Origin: Tubulanus polymorphus
Lineage: Eukaryota; Animalia; Nemertea
Direction: 5' to 3'
Length of the DNA: 64,000 nucleotides
Assembly (NCBI RefSeq): GCF_964204645.1
Contig: NC_134036.1
Span: 3,224,001-3,288,000 of the forward strand
The notes beneath the pieces are model-generated. The model had not been told where the DNA came from. It saw nothing but the letters and a program-made list of their open reading frames with translations, and made no database searches. The position numbers and the translations under genes are program-made. Positions 25,986 to 36,800 of the stretch are shown here, piece after piece (the first letter of the stretch is position 1; every line of letters starts with the position of its first letter).

Positions 25986-26892
25986 TAGAGATCCACCATC
26001 ATTCGTTGAAGAAATCCATCGTTGGGCGATAACTCGCTGCTGCTGGCTCTACAACTTCTCATCTGGACGTCTGCAGTTTTCATCGGCATCAGTAGTCATC
26101 TACTTTTGGTTGTCATTTACCAATCGAAGACCATTATTTCCAGGATAGAGTTCAGCTGAAATTGCCATGTTTTTTTGCAGCGGAAAGATTGATCGAAATT
26201 GATTGCGGCTTAAGACCATAACTAATAGTAGTTCAGCAGCATTGATACATCACTGTTTAAGACTAGTGACAACAGAATATGAGGCTGGATATAAGATCAG
26301 CCGTGCAGACCGTCACATGTAAATTTAACAATATAGAGGTCTGAAATGTCTATACTAGAAGAATTTCAGATCATTTAAATTCATCTTTATTTTAGATATC
26401 TAAACAATCAGTTAATTATTAAGCTATATAGCTATAATTTTAGCTATAGTTTGTTTTGGTAATTTGACTGCCTATATCCTAGTAACACTTAAGTTAAATC
26501 TGTTGATTAATAACTGACCTATCTACACTTCATTACTCAGCCAAGAATATTCATATGAGACCTAACGAGTACTATTTAGAGCAATGATTGTCATAGATTT
26601 CAACTCACTGATAACCATATACCGGCTACAGAGCTTCAATCTTCAATCAGTAAATAGTAAAATTTAGAATATTGAGAACTTCACCAGCGCCTCTGTTCTC
26701 TTCAGTGCTACGCATCCTGCCATTGATGCTAAACCAGAAATGAAAAATCAACTTAGCTTTTTATCAAGACTGCCAGGTTCCGTTTCGAAAGGTCTCTCGG
26801 TGTTTTGTTGACGAGTTTAATGCAAGCTGGAGTTTTCTGTGGTGACTTCTGGTCGGTAGGTTCTAGATGGCTGATGTATCTCATGCTGGGCC

Positions 26893-27345
26893 TTTTCAGA
26901 TTCATGTTAAGCTGCAATGAGTAAAAGAATGACATTCTGTAGTCACAGAATTGATTAATTGTAATTGACATGTGTATCAACTTAACTTTCTTAAGATTGC
27001 TGAGCATCCTTTTTGCATCGTCCTATGGTGTCTCCGTCATCTTCTTAATCGTGGTGGGCGTGTTCAGATTAAGTCTACCTAAAATGAGTAAAAGAAAGAC
27101 ATTCTGTAGTCAAACAATTCTTTGATTAATTGTGATTTACATGTTAATCAACTTAACTTTCTCAAGATTGCCGAGCATCCTTTTTTCATCGTCCTATGGT
27201 GTCTCCGTCATCTTCTTAATCATGATGGGCGTGTTCAGATTAAGTGTACCTAAAATGAGTAAAAGAAAGACATTCTGTAGTTACAATTCTTCGATTAATT
27301 GTAATTTACATGTTTATCAACTTAACTTTCTCAAGAATGCCGAGT
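26893..27345. repeat. ~171-bp tandem repeat, ~2.6 copies
   Basis: ttcagattaagt..acctaaaatgagtaaaagaaagacattctgtagt occurs at ~26895 (degenerate), 27063 and 27234. Confidence 0.85.
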
Positions 27346-27450
27346 TCAGTATCATCTTGTTGTAGCATCGCCATCTTCTGTCCTCTTGGGGCGTCGTTGT
27401 CTTCTGTGGGAGTCCTGAAATGAAAAAAAGAACAGAGATGAAAACCTGGT

Positions 27451-28225
27451 ACGGAACAAAACTAATGGCCGAAAGCGTCGGCTCTCCTTCGCCGTTCATG
27501 AGTGGAGGATACCAGAAAAAGAGTCGGCCAGGAATTCGCTGCCCTCTACACGCCCTCACACAGAATGCGAAAACCTGAATGACAACTCCCCACGTACACC
27601 ATCTAACCACAGGGTGTACTGGGCTACGTTAGTAACTGACAAACCTGTGCGATTGTTCAAGGCAAAAATAGCGCAGTACAACCAGATTGACCGGATTGAG
27701 ATTCAGGATCTCAACTAGCACCAAAAGCGTGACAAGAGACTTCATCCACTGACCGGGTGGTCACAAGGACACAATGAATCTAGCACTCACAAGCCGACAA
27801 GAGACTTCATCCACTGACCGGGTTGTCACAAGGACACAATGAAATCTAGCACTCAAACTAGAAATCAAAGGGCGAGACAGTAGAATCATCCCTCAGCCGA
27901 CTCAATGAATACCAGAAATCAAAGGCGTGACAGTAGAATCATCCCTCATCCGAGCGGTCACAAGGACCAATGGATACTAGTGGCGTGACAGTCCAGTATA
28001 ACCGCTCCATTTTTACCGCGAACAATCCGACAGATGTGCCCGTCATTGACGTCGCCAAGCACACTCTGCAGTTAGATAACGAACGTGAAGCAGTTGTCGT
28101 CCTGGTTTTCGTGTTCCGTATGAAGGCGTGTAGAGGGCAGCATTTCCTGACCGACTCTTTTTCTGACATCCCCTGCACATGACCGGCGAAGGAGCCGACG
28201 CTTTCGGACATTAGTTTTGTTCCAT
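27451..28225 (-). ncRNA. Candidate long hairpin RNA: imperfect inverted repeat with arms 27451-27674 and 28004-28225 and a ~330-nt repeat-built loop
   Basis: The arms align as reverse complements over ~220 bp. A hand count of transition mismatches gives ~23 that form G:U in the minus-strand RNA versus ~8 in the plus-strand RNA. Confidence 0.5.
27731..27985. repeat. Nested direct repeats forming the hairpin loop
   Basis: gacaagagacttcatccactgaccggg..gtcacaaggacacaatgaa.tctagcactca x2; agaaatcaaagg.cg.gacagtagaatcatccctca x2; a third gtcacaaggac at ~27957. Confidence 0.85.
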
Positions 28226-28407
28226 AGAACGTTGAAAATCGACGGATAAATCGGCCCTGAAAAATAAAACGGATTAGATCCTGAAAAATAGAACGGGTTG
28301 ATAAACACCGAACAGTACACGACAGTACACGGACGGACAGTAACACATAAAACATAAAGACATCGTTCTTTATATGGAAAGAACCAGCTAGTAGAGCGCA
28401 GCGTAAT

Positions 28408-28466
28408 CGCGAGGATGATAGCCAGGATGATCGCCGGGATGATCGCCAGGATGATCGCCGGGATGA
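28408..28466. repeat. 12-bp tandem repeat, ~5 copies
   Basis: Unit gcc(a/g)ggatgatc. Confidence 0.85.
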
Positions 28467-29564
28467 ACGCCATATTCGAAATCAGGTCTACACAGTGTGA
28501 AGATCAAGAGATGAATGACCGGCTTAGTGATTCTACTCACTGTCGACTGGTGGCGTATTTCAATCCTGACCAATAGGCAGCCGCGCTGTTGTCTCTAGTA
28601 GTTGAAAGCGTTTACATTGAAGTGTGAAGACCGTTCCGCTGTTGCACACATGGGGCGATCGTGACGTCACCTCTGTATACATCCAGCATATAGACCGGGC
28701 ACACGGGTACCATTGAATATTGATCTATAGAAATAACTCTGAACATTCGAATTGTCGAAGTGACCGCATGATAAAACACTGAGGCGACGTCACCTCTATA
28801 CACCCGGCATATGGAGTATTGAACTTGATCGAAAAAACTAATGATTAAAGCAAACAATTTGAATACCCTGATCGTTTTCAGACTCTCTTGGTTGCATCGA
28901 TGTCTGTTTATCATTTACGACGGTTGTACGCGTAATAAAATACAAAAAAAAAACATCAACCAACTTCATTGAACGTAAATTTCTAGTCAAATGATGAACG
29001 CATTTGGTAGATTTCTGAAGATGCCGGCTTACTTTTTGATAACGATCGCAGAGATGGAATATTTACCGTATTCGGGAATCTGTCGATGCTTTTAAACGCC
29101 AACTTCAAAACATTTTTAGGAAAGCTTTTACCGTTGAATAATGTCTCTTACAGTTTGTTTTTATGTTCTTGTATTGCAATGGTATTTCAAATAATTTTGT
29201 GGTTTCGTGTAAAGTGCGAAGATTACTATAGCCGTAAACAAACAAGTTACTGTCGATTGATTGATTCAGTTATTTCAAGTAAAATATCAGATAATCATCT
29301 AATTCATTATCGACTGATTCGTTTTTTTGTGAACGTAAAGCCATCTTTTGCTCGTGTCCTAAAAAACTATTCAAGATGTAGAATTTGTAAGTAACGTCCC
29401 ATTGCACCAGGCATTACCTATGATCTATTTGATAAGCCTATAAGACCCCCAGCAATCGCGTCTCGGGTGTTCCGAATTTCTGACGTAATGCGATATTTTT
29501 GTTATATTCTTTTAAAAAGTGTTCTGAGGGTGCGCTTTTCCGAGGTAGAATTCTGAGAGAATTA

Positions 29565-29770
29565 TCACCAAGAGGCGAATTTAGCTTCTGCAGATAGCGA
29601 CCTGTCCTGAGAGGCGCATTTCATCTTCTGCAGATAGCGACCTGTCCTGAGAGGCGCATTTCATCTTCTGCAGATAGCGACCTGTCCTGAGAGGCGCATT
29701 TCATCTTCTGCATATAACGAACCACCTGCCCCGAGAAGCGAATTTGGCTTCTATGGACCTGCCCCGAGTC
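29565..29770. repeat. 40-bp minisatellite, ~4-5 copies
   Basis: Unit cctgtcctgagaggcgcatttcatcttctgcagatagcga. Confidence 0.9.
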
Positions 29771-30891
29771 ATTTAGCTTTTGAATTGGCTTTGTTTATTC
29801 ATGGAAGTGATGAGACTCATCACACTTCCCAAAGGATTCATCAAAGGATTTTTCCTGGGACCGAATGGAAAAATCTAAACACCAATTTCTTCATATGTAT
29901 CTGGAACACCATACGTCAACTCTTGTTGTTCAAGTCACCTTAACTGTAACTGCCAATTCATTTCCCTCTTTTAAGAAACTTAGAAATTTCCTTGGATAAT
30001 AAAAGATAATTATGCAGTTTAATAAGTTGAAAAAATCCAAGAATTCTAAAACAATGCCGTTACTTTTCGATATAAATGAGACTATTTATTCTTCAATAAC
30101 ACATTATTAAACTGAGACGACTAAATCAAAACTTTGCACACAAGTGTGATTGAATATTAATCTTTTTAATACTAATTCGATTTAATACTTAATGAAACGT
30201 CACAATTGATTATCAAATTGTAATTAACGAAACAAAACAAAAATATCTGTTAAGTCACTGGTCCTTATTAAACTTTTCTAAAGAAAACTATAGAGTGAAT
30301 GACAAAAAAATTAACTACAAGATAAAAACAACAGTTTTTCTTAATATACAAACAATAAGTACATATATATCCGCATCGATTAAATTTGATAGTGAAACTA
30401 CAAAAAACATGTCTTCAAATACTGTACATAAATCAACTTAAAAATGCCTGTACATTAATATTAAAGCCTATATTTTAATCACTTCCTTGCGCCGTAATTT
30501 CTATTCAGCCTTACTGACGCAAAGTAGGTTTAAACTTGGCATTTGGAAGTGCATCCATGGAGGCTTTGACTACAGTAGAACTCGCTGAATCCAGACTTTT
30601 AATCAGGGTTTTCGTTTAATTCGGCCGAAATATTTAATCCGTTAAACCTAGAAAATGTAAAATACTATTCACAATTCGGATTTGACTTAATTCCGAGAAA
30701 TCTGGGCAGTCTCAAGTCATCCGAATCAACTGAGTTCTACTGTATGTACATGTACTATCAAAGGGCTGATGCGATACCCTGGAATCCCCGTTGACAGCGG
30801 GCTGGGGTTGCTGGGAAAACCCAGGCTACATTTCTAATAAATGCTATCTTCAGCATTGATTACTAAGAATCGTATCAATTGCACAACGTAA

Positions 30892-33800
30892 TTAATCTTT
30901 ATCCGCTTCGACAGATTCTGTCGAAAGATCGTCGACATCAGGACCCGCGGTGGTCTGATCGGATATTTCGCCTCGAATCGCAGAAGTGGTGTCGCGATTG
31001 TTGTCATGTCCAAACTCAGCTCGTATCTCGCCGTCTTTCTCATCGCGATCAGATAAAATTTTTGGATCTTCGTTTTGTTGATTCTCCGTGTCACCGATTA
31101 AACCCGCGACCATCGGAATATCGCTATCATTAAGGCAAGGATCGACGGATTCCAAGAAACTATCGAACAGATTTTTGCCGTCGAAATGCTCGATTTCGCA
31201 CGAGTAGTCGGCGCCGCTGCTTTCGTCGTCTAACTGTCCGGAATGTTCAGTTTCGACGTCGGTTTGTATCGTGAAACTGTTATCGTGCTGAATTTCTTCT
31301 TTGGAAATCGCACCAGTATTCGCAGCGTCGGAAAGCAGAACGTTCTTTACCCTAAAATCATTCCTCGGTACGGGCATCGCTTTCTCTTCTAGATCCGGCG
31401 GCGATATTTCGCCACACGGGAATTTGTCGGAGTCCTGCGGACGCGGCGATGAGCAGCATCGCGGCGACTGCTGGCATCGTTCATCGTCCGCTGTAACCGC
31501 CTCGACGGACACCTCCGCAGCCGCGAGTACGAACGTACTTTCTCTGTCCGAGTTCGGGGTCGAATTCATGGAACTATCGAGTTTCAACACGAATGGACTA
31601 TTATCGTCGCAATCCATGTCAGCTGTCAACATCGCGTCAACCGATTCGCCGACAGCTTCTATCGCGTCTCCTATATCGACCTCGTCCTCTGTATTCATGT
31701 CATCATCATCCTCATCATTGCCGCATATTCCTTCTTGCTCTTCCTCCAGTTCATCTAGTTTCTCCAACAATTCCGATTTCATTCGCTCCAATTCGTCCAT
31801 CTTCTCTTCGATTTCTTCCGCCAGATCTTGCTGTTGTATTTTCGACTGAAGGCTCTCTGCGATTTCGTCCATTTTTTCGCAGCTATCTTCGTCCATCTTT
31901 TCATCATCGTCACCATCATTTCTATCTTCGTTCCGGATCACAACATCATTCGCATCCTCTCCTGGTTTTCTTTCTTCAGACTCATTTTCATCTAATTTCA
32001 ACGCGAAAACAGGTTTTTCTAACACAACAGGACCAGGAGCCACTACTTTGACCTCAGTAGCCTCGCTAACCTCTGGCACTTCACTTTTCTCGCGTTCTCT
32101 TAAGTTAGTTGAAGCGGTTTCAGTAACATCGCTGTTCAACTCTTCACCGCTACTCTGTTCAACTCGAACATCGCCGCAATCATCATCACCAGTAGATTTC
32201 AACTCCGCCGATTCACTGTTCTTCACAAGAGGAGTAAATTCCTCACGTAGACTACGTCTAACCTCCGAGGACGGTTTCGATTTTTCCTCAGATATAACCC
32301 CGACATTGTTTTTAGCAGCAGCAGCAGCAGCATCCAATCCAGGTGTGGATTTCGAAGCTCGTGGTTTTGAATCACGTTTTGACAATGGTTTTGATTTCGC
32401 GATAGTTTCATGGTCGTAATCAAGCATTTCTTCGAAGCTCAGTCGTTTCCTCGACGAGCTAATTAGTGCTGGTCGTGGTTTCTGCTTCTTGGGCGGAATC
32501 TCCGTCTCCGGGAGCCTCGTCTTTCCTTCAGCCGCCCGTTTCGTTTCCAATCCAATCCCTTTAATTTCACTATTTGCTTTTTCTCCGACCATCGAATCTT
32601 TTCCCTGGGAACTTTTGGATGTGACAGGTTCTGCTTTGCGTTTCATTTCGTCGACGATCTCTTCTCCTTTTGACAGAACTTCGGGAGAACTTTTCGATTT
32701 ATCAATCTTCGATTTTGCAACATCTTCCTGATCTTTTTCATGATGCGATTTCTTGTGCTGATTGCGCTTCGTCGTTTCAATTTTCGACAGAACTATTTTG
32801 CTATGAGATATCCTCTTCGATTTGTATGATTCGGTCGGACATCCGTGGCTGCCGGCGGATGCTTGCGAGCTTCGCCCGCAAGACAAGCACGCTTTCGTAG
32901 CGACGGTCGTTTCGTGATCGGCATGAAAATGTTTGTCCAGTTCGACACGAGATTCCACGCTCCGCTGACAAGTCGGACAATGATCGGTTGACTCGGCGAC
33001 GTCGTCAGAAGCTTCTGACGTAATTTTCTCGCGTTCTTCGCTCGGCAGGATTTTTGGTTTGGCGGCCGGTATTTTCGCAACTCTTTCGACGATCTCCGAA
33101 TCGCAACGCTTCAAAGCGACCACCGGTTTACGCATTAGTTTTTCGTCTGGAACGACAGTGGCGCCAGCGGCCGGTTCAATGCTGTTACTGGCGGAGACGG
33201 GTTTCTCAGCGACGGCGTGTTTGGAAACGTGTCGCACCAATTCGTACGTGTGTTGGAAGTTCATTCCGCAGACGGAACACTTGTTGCGCTCGGGCGGCAG
33301 TCGTTTCTGCAATGCTTGCATCTTCTGTATGATACGCTTCTGCAGTTCATCGCGAGTCGTAGTACCCGTTGTCGAAGTCTTCGCGCGACTATCGCCCCCT
33401 AGTGGTGGTGATGCAATCTTCGATGATGTTGCGCTTCCTGAAGACTCTAGCGATGATGATGACGATGAATTTTGGCTTAATGAAACTTTCGAAGGCGAAT
33501 CATCTTTACCGATTGCAGAAGAGGTTGACTTCAACTGTGTATTTTCACCAACATTGGATGCAGGAGATGTAACTGACGAGGAGTGATCGGTCTTGTCGCG
33601 ATTCTCTAGTCCGGACTGAGAAGAATGGACTGATTTCTCATGTTCGGATAGCAGCGACCGCGACTCAAATACGCCCCAATCACACGATGCGCATTTTCGG
33701 TAGTCATGGCATTGAACGAAATGCTGTTTCAATTCCGCAAGCGACGGGAACGCTCGCGCGCAATGTCGACATCGCTTCGAGGACGGATGCACGGTCGCCA

Positions 33801-36800
33801 GGTGCCGTCGCAGGTACGTTTTATCGGTGAACCCGCGGTCGCATCGTACGCACGGATACGGTTTCCGGTGCATACGCATGTGCATCTTGTAAAGCTTCTT
33901 CAAGTGGAACGAACACGCGCACGCCTCGCACCAGTAGTCGCGTTGGGTTGTGTGCTGCGCGACGTGCGTCAACAGGAGAACGCGCGACGCGAACCTCCGT
34001 TCGCAGATTGAACACGCGAACGCGCGATTCGACAGATGGTGTCGGCGTTTGTGCGAATTCAGCCGCGACCACGACGCGAATGACGGACGACTCGCCGTGC
34101 ACAGGTGGCACGCGAAGTGTCTGCGCGCGATTCCGTGTCGCCGGTGTTTATGCAGAATCAACGAATCGCGGTTGACGAATCGACGGCTACAGAGCGTACA
34201 CTTGAACGACGCTGCTTCAAAGCTGCTCGTATGCGATCTCTTATGTGCCTGCGCTAAACGATGCAGCGTGAATCGCTTCTCGCAAACTTCGCATCGATAT
34301 TGCTTTCCGATCGATGGTTTTAAGGTAGCTTTAGCAACGGCTGATGTTTGGCGAGTCTTGCTGTTGCTGCTGCTACTGCTAGTCTGAGATGATGTTGATT
34401 TCTTACGAGCTTCAGGGGGTTCACAAGGAGGCGACATTTTTATTTTAGCCGATACCTGATTCTGATGAGGCTCACTAGGGGGTGTTGTCTTTGAGGCAGG
34501 CGGAGTCTGCACAGTCTCACTAGTAGTTGTTGTTTTTGAGGCAGGCTGAGTCTGCAGGGTCTCACTAGAGGGTGTTGTCTTTCTGGCAGGCCGAGTCTGC
34601 GCGGTCTCACTAGTAGTTGTTGTTTTTGAGGCAGGCCGAGTCTGCGCGGTCTCACTAGTAGTTGTTGTTTTTGTGGCAGGCTGAGTCTGCAGGGTCTCAC
34701 TAGGGGGTGTTGTCTTCCTGGCAGGCCGAGTCTGCGCGGTCTCACTAGAAGTTGTTGTTTTTGAGGCAGGCCGAGTCTGCGCGGTCTCACTAGTAGTTGT
34801 TGTTTTTGTGGCAGGCCGAGTCTGCGCGGTCTCACCAGTAGTTGTTGTTTTTGTGGCAGGCTGAGTCTGCAGGGTCTCACTAGGGGGTGTTAGTTTTGTG
34901 GTAGGCAGAGTCTGCAGGGTCTCACTAGGGGGTGTTGATTTCGTGGCAGGCTGAGTCTGCAGGGTCTCGCTGGGCAGCGTTGTTTTTGTCTGATGAGGCT
35001 CACTAGGAGATATTGTCTGCATGGTCTCATTAGGTGGCGTGGTTAGCGTCCGTTGAGGCTCACTCGATTTCTCTGCTGCTGCGACTTCAGAATCTAGTTT
35101 CCCATCATTAACTTCATCATCATCTTCATTCTCATCTTCCATCGTAATAATTTTCATCGGTACACCTGGATGCTCGTGACGGAAGTGCGGAATGGCGGCG
35201 TTAACGTGGTCGAAAATCGTCGAGCAAATAGCGCACTTGCACGGCTGCTGATTGGACGAATGATGCACCAGGTGACGCCGCAACGACGCCATTTTCATCG
35301 ATGCTTTGCACAGTGGGCAGATTACGTGATCTCGTTTGGCGCCGACCCGGGACGCAGTATCGTCCTCGGTTTCCGTCTGCAGCTGAGCTTGCACCATGCG
35401 TAGCCTCGAATCGTGCGCGATGCCGCATCTGGCGAGGCAGCTACCGACGTGTTTGTCGTACGCGTGTTTCTTACGATACGACGCCCCGCAGCCCTTGCAC
35501 GTCCGGCCGTGCGCGGCGAAGATGTGCTGCTCGCATTCGCACTCGCTTAAACCAGCCCACGAACAAGCATCGCACAGGTAGACCTTTGGGTTGGCGGTTA
35601 CGACGGCGCCGCAATCGTGAATCTTCAACTCGTCTACGTCGACGAAACGCTGCTTGCACAAATTACACGCGTAAATCGGCACGCGTCGCTCGATCGGGTG
35701 CGCGTCAGCGGCGTGCTCGCGCGCGGCTACCGCGTCCGGGAAATACCGCGGGCACGTGTGACAGCGTATGCGCGTCGTGTACACCGCTCCGCTGCGGTGC
35801 ACGTCGAGCCCGTGTCGGAGCGCGTGGCTCTCGACGGCGTAAACGCGTCGACTCTTCGGCGGGCAGATCGTGCACTCGTGTTCGTAAACGAGCTGCCAGT
35901 GATTGTCGGCGACGTGTTTGTCGAGCGTCGACAACGCGCGGAACGCGTAACCGCACGCGTAGCACACGTACGGACACTCGTTCGCGTGCGCCGACGCCGC
36001 GTGGCGCAGACATTTCGATTCGTTGGCGAACATCTCGCGACAAACGCAACAACTTTTACGACGCGTTCGTTTCTGACGGTCGTTCTTATCGGAAATCTCG
36101 ACGGCGGTCGTAGTAGTTTTCATTTGGTCGATGGCGCGTGATTTTCTGGTCGATGCCCTCTTTTTCCTATTCGATATTTTTGTGTCTGAAAATTCAACGA
36201 AATATCATCAAGAAAACACACGCTTTGCGATAACTCTGCGCACTTGTAGAAATCGAACGTACCGGACTTTGTCTGAGTTTTCTGCATAATTGATGACGTA
36301 TCTTCTTCCATCGCTTCATTACAGTTGAGATCGACAACAGGATTTACATCAGGAGTATCGCTTGTAGCAGAATGATGACGCTGTGCGAAAACAAATCAAC
36401 AAAATTCAAATAAATATCATCCGAGAGCGTTATTACAGGTATCATTCTGTAACCTGGATTCACTAAGAGCGAACGATCGACAATCATTTAAGAAAAATGC
36501 GTTGATAAAATGTCTAATATCTGGTGTTTATAGATCATTTTCAATTAAAATTTTTCCGGTGATTTTCTGAAATCACGCTAGAAATTGAAAGAATGCATTG
36601 ACTGAATGTTTATTTTGCCTATAATAAAGTCTCTACCTAAACTCGAGTTTACGAATTTTATCCGAAGTCAAACATATTTAGTTCACAGCAACTCTAAATC
36701 AGTACATTGTATTCAACAAAGCCAATTATGAATAATAGTTTACACATGGTTCCAAATAAAATGGAAAAATATTTCATCCAAATTAAGTGAAAATCCGGAT

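Noticed and set aside
31301-36141. Many plus-strand ORFs of 100-270 aa
   Set aside because: They are antisense shadows of the GC-rich zinc-finger exon and have no recognisable motifs.
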